Assembly (NCBI RefSeq): GCF_001194135.2 | Contig: NC_068994.1 | Location: forward strand, 30,446,592 to 30,499,006 | DNA from: Octopus bimaculoides | Lineage: Eukaryota | Direction of reading: 5' to 3' | Length of the DNA: 52,415 nucleotides | Shown: one piece after another, positions 11,653-24,383 of the stretch | How positions within the stretch are numbered: position 1 is the first letter of the stretch | How the letters are laid out: every line of letters starts with the position of its first letter | Translations under genes and position numbers: made by a program | Notes under the pieces: model-generated | What the model was told of the DNA's origin: nothing | The model's input: only the letters and a program-made list of their open reading frames with translations | The model's database searches: none

Positions 11653-12185
11653 NNNNNNNNNNNNNNNNNNNNNNNNNNNNNNNNNNNNNNNNNNNNNNNN
11701 NNNNNNNNNNNNNNNNNNNNNNNNNNNNNNNNNNNNNNNNNNNNNNNNNNNNNNNNNNNNNNNNNNNNNNNNNNNNNNNNNNNNNNNNNNNNNNNNNNNN
11801 NNNNNNNNNNNNNNNNNNNNNNNNNNNNNNNNNNNNNNNNNNNNNNNNNNNNNNNNNNNNNNNNNNNNNNNNNNNNNNNNNNNNNNNNNNNNNNNNNNNN
11901 NNNNNNNNNNNNNNNNNNNNNNNNNNNNNNNNNNNNNNNNNNNNNNNNNNNNNNNNNNNNNNNNNNNNNNNNNNNNNNNNNNNNNNNNNNNNNNNNNNNN
12001 NNNNNNNNNNNNNNNNNNNNNNNNNNNNNNNNNNNNNNNNNNNNNNNNNNNNNNNNNNNNNNNNNNNNNNNNNNNNNNNNNNNNNNNNNNNNNNNNNNNN
12101 NNNNNNNNNNNNNNNNNNNNNNNNNNNNNNNNNNNNNNNNNNNNNNNNNNNNNNNNNNNNNNNNNNNNNNNNNNNNNNNNNNNNN

Positions 12186-12580
12186 NCAGTGGTATTTTAT
12201 GGATTCTGTGTTGAAATTCCGCCGGTGTCGACTTTGTCTTTCAGCCTTTCTGGGTCGATAAAATAAGTACCAGTTCAATACTGGGGTCGATGTAATCGAC
12301 TTACCCTCTCCCCCGAGATTGATGGCCTTGTGCCAAAATTTGTAACCCTTATTTTAATATTTTATTTTATGTAAAGGCAGCGAGCTGGCAGAATAGCTTG
12401 GCGGCATTTGGTCTGTCTTTACGTTCTGAGTTCAAATTTCGCCGAGGTTGACTTTACCTTTCAGTCTTCCGCAGCCGATAAAATAAGTAACAGTTGATCA
12501 CTGGGGTCGATGTAATCGAGTAGCCCCTCTCACCCGAAATTGCTGGCCTCGTACCAAAATTTGAAACCAATATTTTATTT
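12186..12580 (+). mobile_element. Two tandem OR1-like SINEs (12186-12355 and 12372-12580)
   Basis: Both contain gttcaaatt-cgccgaggt-gacttt / ctggggtcgatgtaatcga / caaaatttg; the second has its head aaggcagcgagctggcagaa. Confidence 0.85.
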
Positions 12581-12739
12581 CACATAAAATATGTGGATAT
12601 ATGATGAAAAAATAAGTTAAAAAGAATAAAATTTCATGTTTTGTCTTAATAAAAATAGGTAGGGTAAAACTTTGCACCCCAATATCAAGTATTATTATCA
12701 TCAATCACTGGACATTACTGTTTCAAGTTCTAAAATTCA

Positions 12740-12972
12740 TAGGGTCAGTTACCCGGTTTCCATTGCGTGTAGGTGACCGAAGTCACCATACTCCTTTGAA
12801 CGGGATGCCAGTCCATCGCAGGGTTACCCATTTACAGCTGAGCGGACAAAAGCAACGTGAAATGAAATGTTGTACTCAAGAACACAACGTATCACCCGGT
12901 CCGGGAATTTGAAACCTTGATCTTGCGATCGTGAGAGCAACATCCCTAACCCACTAAGTATGTGTCTTCACC
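12740..12972 (-). mobile_element. tRNA-headed SINE with CORE-like segment and a conserved Meta/V-type-like central domain
   Basis: Minus strand: tRNA head, gttgtgttcttgag core, then ccctgcgatggactggcatcccg..ggaaaccggg. Domain name assigned from memory, unverified. Confidence 0.65.
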
Positions 12973-13150
12973 CATATATACGCACCACTAATTTTGAACT
13001 TGATATTATCAGAAAAAGTGTATACACTACATATAGATTTATGGATTTATAACTTTGACTTTATTCTGTTACCATTATCACTGCTATCTTTAAATGTGCA
13101 GTAAATGGTATATTCCAACAGTTAGCCTAATTCTCATATTTCTGTTCCAG

Positions 13151-13422
13151 CGAATTTATGCTGGTGTCGTTGTTTACCGACACCGAGGAATTTGACCCAA
13201 GAGGAACTAGAGAAGAAGTTACGCCAAATCTCTTCAGAGTTGTCCATCCCGCGTAAAAACACATCCAAGTACATACGTTCAAAAATCAGTATAGAAGATA
13301 AAAGAGCATCTTCTTTCTATATGGGCTCCGCCATGGTGCTTATTATCACCATTCCTTTTGGCTTGATCATTCTCATGGATCTAAGCCCATTTTTTAAATG
13401 GGTATATAATTATCTGATTTGA
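13151..13422 (+). CDS. Terminal coding exon of gene A: CWCRC motif, predicted helical segment, C-terminal transmembrane helix
   Basis: Acceptor ttctgttccag, phase 1, 89-codon open frame NLCWCRCLPTPRNLTQEELEKKLRQISSELSIPRKNTSKYIRSKISIEDKRASSFYMGSAMVLIITIPFGLIILMDL..* in non-repetitive sequence. Confidence 0.85.
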
Positions 13423-13819
13423 TAAAAGAAACCTTAACAAAATACTCATTTTATTATTTACAAATTTTAACTGAAAATATAATTCCAAAGATCTTTTTTT
13501 GTTATTATTTTACGGTGGTTGTTTCACACTATTTAATCACAGAATACTATGTTGCTTAAGCCTCTCCACGTACACAAATTTTCACAGACATGCAAATTAA
13601 TGTCACATGCTAACTCCTCCAGGTGTATAGCTGTGCTACATCTGCTGTTGTTGACAGAAATTATTTTTCTTTTAACGAGGCCAATTTGAAAGACCAGCTC
13701 ACACTCTTTCTCAATAGCTACTTTTGTTAGCCACTTGTGTGAGCAACTCAGGCTATGAAGTCGAATGCGTTGGAAGGAAGGAAAACAATGTCAATAATTG
13801 CTGGTCTCTTGGTTGTATG

Positions 13820-14025
13820 CACAGGTCCCAACTGATTTGCCCCAAGCTTGCACTGTGTGGTGCCTAATCGATTTGTCCCACAAACGCACATTCTATGGTA
13901 CCCTAGCTAATCCTCCCAAACATACACTGTATTGTAGCGTAGCGAGTCAATTCAATCATACATTGTTTGGCACCTTACCGATTTGCCCCAAATACCCACA
14001 ATATGGTACCACACCGATTCACTTC
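13820..14025. repeat. Degenerate minisatellite of about 35 bp units (cacactgtatggtacc..cgatttgccccaaa)
   Basis: Five to six diverged units with recurring ggtacc/ggtgcc and gatttg(t/c)ccc. Confidence 0.55.
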
Positions 14026-15329
14026 AGTCACTAAATTAATGTACAAAACACTTTTATGGGATAAAAATTCGATATTTTGAATTTTGAAATTTTCAATGTA
14101 TTTTTCTGTTAAGTGGAATAAAAAAGTTTTACAATTGTATCAGATGTTTTGTCTTATTTTTATCACTTCCCATATGCAGAAATTCCCCGTGTTACAGCAT
14201 ACCGCACTTTTGAAAATCTTGCTGTAACGCAGAATTTTGTAGCATGAGACCTATTTTCCATTGATTTCTACGTTATAAATTGAAATTCATCACGAAAGAA
14301 TTTTTTTTCAAAGCATAAATAAACAGGTAAAAAAAAGGAACAAATCAATAAGTAATACAACTATTTTTGTGCATGAAAATATGCATGAAGTCACCAAAAG
14401 ATGGGCGCTATCTTCTACACTACAGATTATCATCATCATTTGCTTGATGAGTGAATAAGTGATGCAAAATTGTTTGATGTCAATAGGCAACAAATTTCAA
14501 CTTTTTTTTTGTTACAGACACAATTAACTGATTCCTACCGAACTTCTGATGCTAAATATTTAAATTTCTCTATCACGTCCAGATTTTTTGTAACCGAAAA
14601 CCCCTATTTTTCGTTTTTTTCTCACCTGTTTTTATTACGATAGCTATCTAAGCTACTTTTCCGTGCTACATTTTATGTTAAGCATACTTAAATAATTAGT
14701 GAACAGAGATAAAAGTTTTGCACTGCCGTTGTGCAGTAATACAGCTTTAAGGCTAGTTTTACTAAAATCAGTTAAGCCTCCATTCTACTGGATCACAGCG
14801 AAAGCCAATCCTTTCCATAGTACAAAACAAATGTGCTATAAAACATACACGTTACCTCAGTATGTTACTTGCTTATCGGTAGAGAGTTTCAATAACCGCT
14901 CAACTTGACTGTCACGTAGCGACTAACTGTTAGTCCGTTACTATGCTCTTGACTCAGTGTTGCTAACACGGAATAAATTTTATTGATTAAAATCGTTAGA
15001 ATTTATATATAGTTGGCAAACAAAAATTGTTTTATCCTTGAAAAGCAAGTTTCTTATTACTGGCATTAAGCCGATTAAAACTAAAATATTGACGTTGTAG
15101 GAAATTTTATTAAGTGATGGGTATTTTATTCAACATCTAGACGTAATTTTAGATTTGAAATCAGCATACCGAAATTAGGGCGCTTATCACAGCATTAATT
15201 GTGAAACACTGCGCTTCAACAAAACCAGAAAGGACACTTGTTTGATCTTTTACAAAATCTTTGTTGCCTAGTGTATTTACAGAGTCCCAGCTTTCTACAG
15301 CTCAGCGTAGGAACTGAATTCATTTTTAA

Positions 15330-16480
15330 GTTACGCTCACGACTAGATTGTTATCAGCAAAGACTTACGGACCTTCTATAAGCAATATGTCTGACTCCTC
15401 AGCCATGTTTTTCGCGGTCAACTGAAGCTGAATGAACGGAGCTATTATATGTTCTTCTTCCCCTGTTGCATGCACTTGTCCAAAAAGCTCTTCATTAAAC
15501 AAACCTTATGGAACTGTAGCAACTCAGCTACACCTTCTATGATTTTTTAAAACCGTACATAATTCAACAGAGTTATAATATGTTGCTGAGATAAAATTTC
15601 TACTGGTGGAAAACTTAAGTCAGCGAAACAGTTTGGTGATATGTTTGTTTTGTCAAATACCATTTGTGGCTAATGATTTCCCTTCACCTCATGACTTATT
15701 CATAATGTTGAAACTTTTCTAGAATACTCTAACTGTAGATTTATCCGTATCCCCGCATCATTTGATTTGATAAGTTGTTTCAAAAATCTACTACGATCAT
15801 ATACCTTGATGTTAGCCATCACACCTTGATCCATTTGTTGAAGCAAAGAAATTGAGTTCTTGGGAATATATTGCATTCTCACGTAATCAACCAGATCATT
15901 TGAGTTTACTGAGTACATTGTCTAAAAGGAGCGCAGCTTTGCTGGAAATATTACGCATAGCACCATACTTTTCTACAGTAGGTGAAAAGAGCATGTAATA
16001 TCAGTCTTGAAAGAGGAGTGTAGTCGACCAAGCCTTCTCATTTGAACATCAAATCACATGTAGACTTAGCATAGCAACTGGAAGCCCTTAAATTTTAGAG
16101 ACGATCTAATTTCATGTCACCAGCGGTATTTCCTTCCACAAGAAGCGTTGAGCGATTTTGGGAAACTTTACAGCCTGGTAATGATTTCATTAGCCATGTC
16201 ACTAGAAATGTAAGCCCTAGTAGGTCTGTTCTTCAACAACATCCATTTCCATCTTCAGTTTCTTAGGATAATTAATAGCAATCTTTGTATCAACTCTGAC
16301 AATTTCACTTGTAATTTCGACCTTTCAAAGCGGCATGTAATACCTAGAAAAGATTTTGCATCGGCCATGGCACTTTCTACTTCCTGCATATAGCTATAGA
16401 AACTGCCATGTTTATTGACATACAACCTTCAGTTTTGCCGCTGATTCACTCCAAGAGCCGCCCCATTCCAAGTACCACTT
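15330..16480 (-). mobile_element. pogo/Tigger (DDE_1) transposase remnant
   Basis: IPKNSISLLQQMDQGVMANIKVY (cf. LPPNTTSLLQPMDQGVI), with LLLDN and SN.KAW-like segments upstream; heavily disrupted. Confidence 0.75.
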
Positions 16481-16516
16481 CAGAGTTATGAAAATAACTA
16501 TGAAAAATAAACAAAC

Positions 16517-16885
16517 AGGCGCAGACATGGTTGTGTGGTAAGAAGCTTGCTTCCCAACCACATGGTTCCGGGTTCAGTTCCACTGCATGGCACCTTGGGT
16601 AAGTGTCTTCTACGATAGCTTCGGGTCGACCAAAGCCTTGTAAGTGGATTTGATAGATGGAAACTGAAAGAAGCCCGTCGTACACACACATATATGTATG
16701 TGTTTGTGTGTCTGTGTTTGTCCTCCCAGATCACTTGACAACCGATGTTGGTGTGCTTACGTCCCTGTAACTTAACGATTCAGCAAAAGAGACCGATAGA
16801 ATAAGTTGATTTGTTCGACTAAAGGCGGTGCATCAGCATGGCTGTAGTCAAATGAGTGAGACAAATAAAAGAATGAAAGAATAAA
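16517..16885 (+). mobile_element. OR2-like tRNA SINE with internal microsatellite
   Basis: aggcgcag..tgtgtggtaagaagcttgct..gggttcagttccactg..ttgggtaagtgtcttct..3' A-rich tail. Confidence 0.9.
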
Positions 16886-16943
16886 CAGAACCTATGTATG
16901 ATCGCGTGTAATTATCACAATGGAGGATATAAATTAGGATATA

Positions 16944-17443
16944 CAGTAATCACTCGCCATATCGCGCTTTCAGTCATCGCAGATTTTTCTGGCTAATATA
17001 TGTAAATTTATATCGCGGACTCCTCAGTATATCGCAGGTTTCTGCGGCCAATATGTATTTATATTTTTTTAAGATTTTTATATTTTTAAAATATTTTTTT
17101 AGATAATTAAAATCTAAAAAAATATAAATACATATCGGTAAAATAAGCATTTTCAAGACTAAAAATTAATAAATAAAAATAAAGTACAGTACTGCACTGT
17201 ATAACGCATTAACTAGAATATACTAGAAAATACGTAGTATACTGTAGATGAGTAAACAAAGAATTGCTCATACTGTATGGAAAACGAAACCCAGGAGGCA
17301 AGAGTGTGGTGTTGTTTTGCATTTATGATAAAATAAATATATACAAATTATAAAAATAATAAAAAAAATATACAGTACAGCATTTTCACCTATCGTGGAG
17401 GCGGGTTTGGATTGTAACACCTGCGATAGTCCAGGAATGACTG
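16944..17443. mobile_element. 500-bp Tigger/pogo-type MITE
   Basis: TA|CAGTAATCACTCGCCATATCGCG ... GCGATAGTCCAGGAATGACTG|TA: imperfect TIRs and TA TSD at both ends. Confidence 0.8.
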
Positions 17444-17818
17444 TACAATAAAGAAAAAAAACGCAATGACCAAGACCGAGATGCTTTTGGTCATATATAT
17501 GAACGACCAAGGTTAACTGGACGTGAAACAGGAAGACCGCTTGCTGTTCTCTGTCTGTTCTCTCCTATTTTTTTTTCGATATTTATCCTTGCTTATATTT
17601 ACTGTTACTAGCCTACATGACAAATACGGATCTCTGAAATATTGGTTTCAAATTTTGGTACGAAAAAGAGTTATGATGTTCGACCAAAGGAACTACATGC
17701 TCACAGCACATTGTGTAAGCGACTGAGTATTCCACAAACATTTGTACAGTTCCCTCTAGTCCTGACACAGTAAAATTAGTAAATTCCAGTATTAGGGTAG
17801 ACTCTTTTTATCGGGAAG

Positions 17819-17856
<38 letters not shown>

Positions 17857-18711
17857 TTAGTAAATGGAGTAAAACACATATGTTAAATGAATACCTTGGT
17901 ATCTATTAACCAATTTATTTTGTCCGAGTTAATTATTAACTTAGAGAAAATAAATACATAAAATAATAATAATAATAATAATAATAATAGCCTTTAATCT
18001 AATCAAGATAACCTTAGCCTGAAGAGNNNNNNNNNNNNNNNNNNNNNNNNNNNNNNNNNNNNNNNNNNNNNNNNNNNNNNNNNNNNNNNNNNNNNNNNNN
18101 NNNNNNNNNNNNNNNNNNNNNNNNNNNNNNNNNNNNNNNNNNNNNNNNNNNNNNNNNNNNNNNNNNNNNNNNNNNNNNNNNNNNNNNNNNNNNNNNNNNN
18201 NNNNNNNNNNNNNNNNNNNNNNNNNNNNNNNNNNNNNNNNNNNNNNNNNNNNNNNNNNNNNNNNNNNNNNNNNNNNNNNNNNNNNNNNNNNNNNNNNNNN
18301 NNNNNNNNNNNNNNNNNNNNNNNNNNNNNNNNNNNNNNNNNNNNNNNNNNNNNNNNNNNNNNNNNNNNNNNNNNNNNNNNNNNNNNNNNNNNNNNNNNNN
18401 NNNNNNNNNNNNNNNNNNNNNNNNNNNNNNNNNNNNNNNNNNNNNNNNNNNNNNNNNNNNNNNNNNNNNNNNNNNNNNNNNNNNNNNNNNNNNNNNNNNN
18501 NNNNNNNNNNNNNNNNNNNNNNNNNNNNNNNNNNNNNNNNNNNNNNNNNNNNNNNNNNNNNNNNNNNNNNNNNNNNNNNNNNNNNNNNTGTTTCGTATAT
18601 TGTTAGTTTCTGACTAATAGGGTTTAACGTGTAACAAGGTGTAGCACTTTGACTCACAGAAACCGTCCAGCCGACGCATTTATACACTTTTCAATAAATC
18701 AATTTCTCAAG

Positions 18712-18780
18712 GTTACAGCAGAACTGACGCATCCACAGTTCCAGCCAGTAGAATCGGACGTTGGACCTCATGATTGCGAA
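18712..18780 (+). other. Candidate exon (VTAELTHPQFQPVESDVGPHDCE, phase 0 to 0), possibly an upstream exon of gene B
   Basis: tttctcaag acceptor, GAA|gtaagt donor, only one open frame; phase fits the exon at 31920. Confidence 0.35.
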
Positions 18781-18856
18781 GTAAGTTCCTTAACCATTAT
18801 TTGGTTAGGGTCACATATAGCAAAAACAGAATCAAAAGTTACAAAAGTGTTAATTA

Positions 18857-20969
18857 CACTGGTCTACAAGGTTTTTGTTGTTTAGGAAATAGACATTATT
18901 CCTATACAAAATCGGTCTCCTGAATCCAAATATAACCTTCTTTTTGACCAATCAGATCTAGTTTCTAAGTTATTGAACACCCCTAAAGTCACTATGTATG
19001 TGTGTACGTTCGTTACCTTATTCTAATTTTAATTTTTAAAAAAAATTTGCATACTTTTTAGATATTGTGGTGAACTAAGCAATAGAAAATGAGCAAGATA
19101 TCCTCTTTGAGAAAGTGTTGCGTTAATTCTCCAAATGTGTTTTGTTGTTTGTGGAGAATACACATTACCTGAAAATTGAAAAAAACATCACTGTTTGTTG
19201 AAAGAGCGTATATGGCATATTTTGGCTCAAGCTGGGAGACCAAGATAAATAATGAGCACCACATAGTGTCTGCAAACAATGTACAGAACATTTGCGACAA
19301 TGGACTAAAGGGACAACGAAAAGTGTGAGGTTTGCTATACCAACGGGATGGAGGAAGCCCTATAATCACGTGGACGACTGCTATTTTTGTAACTTAAATT
19401 TGAACGGTATTAACCGGAGAAATCGACAAACACTTGTCTATCCCAATCTTGCCTCTGCTATTAGACCAGTTCCACTCAGTGAAGAGCTTCCTGTTCCTGT
19501 CTTCAATGTCTTGCTTCAGATAACTTTACCCTCAACCAAAGAATATTCATCACCCGAAGAAGACACTAGAGATCAAGACTTTTCAGTTGAGACTTTACCT
19601 CAGCTATTGTCCCAGGTAGAGTTGAATAATTTACTTCGTGACTTGAACCTCTCAAAAATTCTGCACAACTGTTGGCTTCTCGACTGAGAGAGAAGAATCT
19701 TCAAGAGAATGGTGTCCGTATAACATTTTATCGGAATCGGCACGAAGAGTTCCTTTCTTTTTTCACAAAAGAGGAAGAGCTGGTTTACTGCAGAGATGTC
19801 AGTGGGCCGTCTTTTCATAGACAGCTCTAAGAGTAGTTCAAAATGTGTATTGTTACACAACAGAAGTGTGTATGGCTCTGTCTCACTCGGCTACTCAACA
19901 ACTCTGAAGGAAAAATATGAAGAAATTAATTTGGTTTTAGAGAAGATACTGTAACATGACCATAAATGGTTCAACCTGGTTGACTTAAAGATGGTGACTT
20001 TTCTCATGGGACAGCAATCTGGTTATACCAAATACCCATGCTTTCTTTGCATGTGGGACAGTAGTGACCAAGGAAACCACTATGTTAAGAAAGACTGGCC
20101 ACCTCGAACAAATATGGCTCCATGTAGAGCTTCCAATATATAAGACCTTAGTGGAGCGAGATAAGATCATTTTACCCCCTTTTCACATCAAACTCGGATT
20201 GATCATGCAATTCGTCAAAGCTCTTGACAAAAATAGGCAGAGCTTTAAGTATATCTGCAGTATATTTCCAGACTTGACAATTGAAAAATCTTAAAGCAGG
20301 GATTTTCGATGGACCACAGTACCGTAAGCTCTTGAAGGAAACAGATTTCGTGAAAGTAATGAACGAAAATGAAGTATCAGCTTGGCTAGCCTTTGCAGAA
20401 ATAGTGCAAAATTTCCTTGGGAAACACAAAAGTGAAAACTATAAAGACCTTGTTAACAACTTGATATCAACTTTTCGTGATATTGGCGCGAATATGAGCA
20501 TCAAAATGATTGTTATCTTGAAAATCTCGGAGATGTGAGCGATGAACAAGGCAAACGATTCCACCAGGACATCAAGGAGATGGAAACTCTGTGCCAAGGA
20601 CGTTGGGACGCTATGATGATGGCAGATTGTTGCTGGTGTTTAAAACCAAATACTCCTGTTGCTCAACATTCACGGTGCACAATGAGACGCAAATTTATTC
20701 CTTGAATTTTCTGCCAAAAATTTTAACCAATGTGCATTTTCAATTTTGAATTTTCATTTGCACTTCGTTTTGTTTTGTGTTACGCTCTCTTTATTGATTC
20801 ATACTATATGCCTTTTGTATGACTAAAATACTATATCAGGTTTAGTCAGAAAACTAGATCTGATAGAGAAAAACTGAAGTAATTTTTGAATTTAGCAGGT
20901 AAAAAGACCTTAAGAATTCGCTGAAATATTCAAGGCACCAGGCAAAAAAATTTGTTTTGTTGCCCAATG
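18857..20969 (+). mobile_element. Fully bounded Chapaev3-like (CMC) DNA transposon with degenerate transposase
   Basis: TTA|CACTGGTCTACAA ... TTGCCCAATG|TTA (3-bp TTA TSD); subterminal ATCAGATCTAGTTT inverted at both ends; LGDQDK..PHIVCKQC, WRKPYNHVDDCYFC, LPPFHIKLGL, SDEQG.RFHQDIKEME motifs. Confidence 0.82.
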
Positions 20970-20994
20970 TTATATACCTCTTATATGAATAAAA

Positions 20995-21106
20995 AAAAAC
21001 TCTATCAGGTATAGTCAGAAAACTAGGCCCGACAGAGAAAAACTGAAGTTATTTTTGAATTTAGTAGGCAAAATTACTAAAGAATTTATTGAAGTATACC
21101 AGGCAC
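20995..21106 (+). mobile_element. Second diverged copy of the Chapaev3-like 3' subterminal region
   Basis: tatcaggtatagtcagaaaactag..gagaaaaactgaagt parallels about 20833-20940; runs into a gap. Confidence 0.75.
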
Positions 21107-21575
21107 NNNNNNNNNNNNNNNNNNNNNNNNNNNNNNNNNNNNNNNNNNNNNNNNNNNNNNNNNNNNNNNNNNNNNNNNNNNNNNNNNNNNNNNNNNNNNN
21201 NNNNNNNNNNNNNNNNNNNNNNNNNNNNNNNNNNNNNNNNNNNNNNNNNNNNNNNNNNNNNNNNNNNNNNNNNNNNNNNNNNNNNNNNNNNNNNNNNNNN
21301 NNNNNNNNNNNNNNNNNNNNNNNNNNNNNNNNNNNNNNNNNNNNNNNNNNNNNNNNNNNNNNNNNNNNNNNNNNNNNNNNNNNNNNNNNNNNNNNNNNNN
21401 NNNNNNNNNNNNNNNNNNNNNNNNNNNNNNNNNNNNNNNNNNNNNNNNNNNNNNNNNNNNNNNNNNNNNNNNNNNNNNNNNNNNNNNNNNNNNNNNNNNN
21501 NNNNNNNNNNNNNNNNNNNNNNNNNNNNNNNNNNNNNNNNNNNNNNNNNNNNNNNNNNNNNNNNNNNNNNNNNNA

Positions 21576-22530
21576 AGAAGCACACTCTAAAGAATAGAAC
21601 AGTAATTATTAGAACAAAAATTTTATATCTTGGACAATACAAGGGAGGAGGCAGGTTGTTCTTTTAGGGTATATAATAACTGTCCAGTAGGAGGCCGATG
21701 CGAGGCTGAAGGTGTCATCAATGAAGCTATGGTGAAACCTAGACCTGATATCCGCAATAACAGTAATGTACCATCAAACAGCAATATTATTAGCTGATCA
21801 ACCAGTTCTTACACCAATATGATTGCCACGCCCAGAGATATTAAGTAGTCCGAGACCAGCATCACAGAGAGCGTCACCGAAGACCCCGTTACCACTCCAC
21901 GGATAATGAACAAACCATAGATACAGATAGAGTGCCCAGGCCCGCAATGTATGTTACCACCAATACAAACGCTGCACCTAGAAATAATGACCTATCCAGG
22001 ACCAGCGACTTGGAGGAGGTATCCGCCGTTCCCAGTTCCGTCATCTCAGAAGATGGCCAAATATTATCTTCAACACTGTTGGGATGACCAGCCCCGCGCC
22101 ATATGTTACCAGAGGTGCGAATAGGGCCACAATCCATGTATATAAATATATTGGTTCTGCGAGTATTTCGTTCAAGCGACGTTTTCTTAACCACAGAGTT
22201 ATCCTTCAGAGTCACAGAAAGACGGTTTGTCATGTACCTGGCCTGCCAGGTATGGCACCTCAAAGATCAAGGGATCCTGTGTGACATCAGATGGAAATTA
22301 TCCGAGCCCGTATATTAATGAAAGTGGCCGTTGCAAGATCTGCAACGCAGAGAGAGCCAAAATTCTCAAGGAATATACGAAACCTGGCGCATTAAACAGC
22401 CGTAAAGAAGTGTTTTCTAAATATATCCACTTCAAGCGCTATTTACTGGAAAATTGGAGCTCTCCGTTTGCTATAGACCTCTTCGGGTCTAGAAGGGTTT
22501 TCCCCCACCCTCTGATTCAGGGAAGATGAC
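21576..22530 (+). mobile_element. Penelope-like element 3' part (GIY-YIG endonuclease)
   Basis: AGCSFRVYNNCPVGGRCEAEGVINEAMV ... YKYIGSASISFKRRFLNH ... WHLKDQG ... CKICNAERAKIL ... LNSRKEVFSK.IHFKRYLLENW. Confidence 0.85.
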
Positions 22531-22689
22531 CTGTCTTCATTGACGTTTTTATGTTAAGACGTATTCCTCGAGTTCTGAGCGTTTCCTCACATCTGCGACG
22601 TAGATATCTTAAATTTCGTATTCATATAGAGTCTCACGAGCTGTCCACAAGTCTTTGCTTTGTGGATGCGAAACCTTGGGTAACTCTAT

Positions 22690-23215
22690 GTCCAAGATAT
22701 AAAATTTTTGTTGTAATATATATATATGTAATAATATGCAATTGTAAGATCCAAGGATCTAGGTGTTGGAAGCTAGCGAGCTTCGAGCAGTCAGTGGTAG
22801 GTATAAAAAACAGCTTTCATTGTTTATTTGGCGTAGAAGGTTGTAGATTTATCCCATATCGAAGTTCGATAAGCTGAAAAAGTTATTATAGTTCACGGTT
22901 GGCATCTAGGGTTTCTATGAATGTGAATAAATATTCAAATTGAGGGACTGAAGCAGGTAAAATCCAGGGTACATGTTTCCTAGCTAGCAGAACCCCGGTA
23001 GTAATAATTACTCAATAAGGGGTACTTCACTAGTTACTTATCAGGCCGAAGATACCTTAGTTAAATAAAGGTTACCTTGTCGTCAAGGGATCCCGAGTTA
23101 AGCATACGAATATGGTTCATGTAAGCGTCAGTAAATCGTTAAACTCATCAAGTGACAAATATATGCGAAGGAAATCATTGGAGTTCAATGGAAGTCTGAT
23201 TAGAGATAAATATCC
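22690..23215 (-). mobile_element. Penelope-like RT-thumb/linker remnant, tail-to-tail with the preceding PLE
   Basis: Degenerate KLFFIP..ITTKILY linker; about 23 bp (acaaaaattttatatcttggaca) shared in inverted orientation with about 21612-21637. Confidence 0.5.
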
Positions 23216-23339
23216 GGTTGTTAAGATATGCTACAACCTGTTTTGTTTACCTTAAGAGAGCTGCTGCAATCAACCGTCAACTGAAATATCGCCATTTCTT
23301 TTTTCATATTATGTCATACATCTTGCCATACATTCATGC

Positions 23340-23629
23340 GTGTGTACGCGCGCGCGCACACACGTGCACACACACACACACACACACACACACAATACAC
23401 GCGCGCGCGCACACACACACACACTGAGGTTTTGTCGGTCTGTATCTATCCACCCGTCCGTCCGTCCGTCCATGCGTTCATCTATCTATCTATCTATTTG
23501 TCTGTCTGTCTGTCTGTCTATGTTTGTCTCTGCATGTATGTGCTTGTATCCATAGCTATACGTTTGCGTATATTGTATTTTGTTAGTTTTTTGTATGCGT
23601 CTGTGTGTTTGTGTTTGTGTTTGTGTGTG

Positions 23630-23684
<55 letters not shown>

Positions 23685-23913
23685 TTAATGATATATATTT
23701 GCTAATTGAAAGAGATAGATAGAGAGGGTGAGAGAGAGAAAAAAAGGAGAGAAAGTGGGATAGAGAAGAGGGAGAAAAGAAAGAAGAGAGAGAAGAGAGA
23801 GGGGAGAAAAGAGAAAGTGAGAAAGAGAGAGAAGAAAGAAAGGTGAAAGAGAAGAGAGAGAAAGAAAAAGGGAGAGAGAGAAGAGGGAGAAGAGAGAAAG
23901 ATGATGGTGATGG

Positions 23914-23946
<33 letters not shown>

Positions 23947-23950
23947 CGGT
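23340..23950. repeat. Microsatellite cluster: (CA)n, (TCTA/TCTG)n, (GT)n, about 200 bp polypurine (AG/AAG) tract, (GAT)n
   Basis: Read directly from the sequence. Confidence 0.95.
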
Positions 23951-24383
23951 GACAGCAAAAAGAAAAAAAAAGGATGCGAAAGCAAAAAATGAGTCCAAAC
24001 TCAACGATAGTTCAAAACAAATAAATGCAAGTATTGATTAGAAAAAGACGAAACGTGAAACTGAAGGCATTGATTTCAAACGGTGTGTAAATTGAGTAAG
24101 AGGCATAAAGTCGATATAATCGACCTGTCACACAAGTTGAATGAAAGAAAAAAAAATGTAAATTTAACTCCAGCAGGATCTGAACAACTACGGAGCTTGT
24201 ATGTATATATAGAGAAAAACGGCAAGCAAGCTATTTGTTCAGCCGTTTCGGCTCTGGATATAACACTACTACAAATAATATTTTCTGTCCTGATACTTTT
24301 CAGGCATTATCACACACTTTAAAATCGTTGCTGCACCACCATGACTGAATAAATGAATAAATAAATAAATAAGAAAAAAATAA

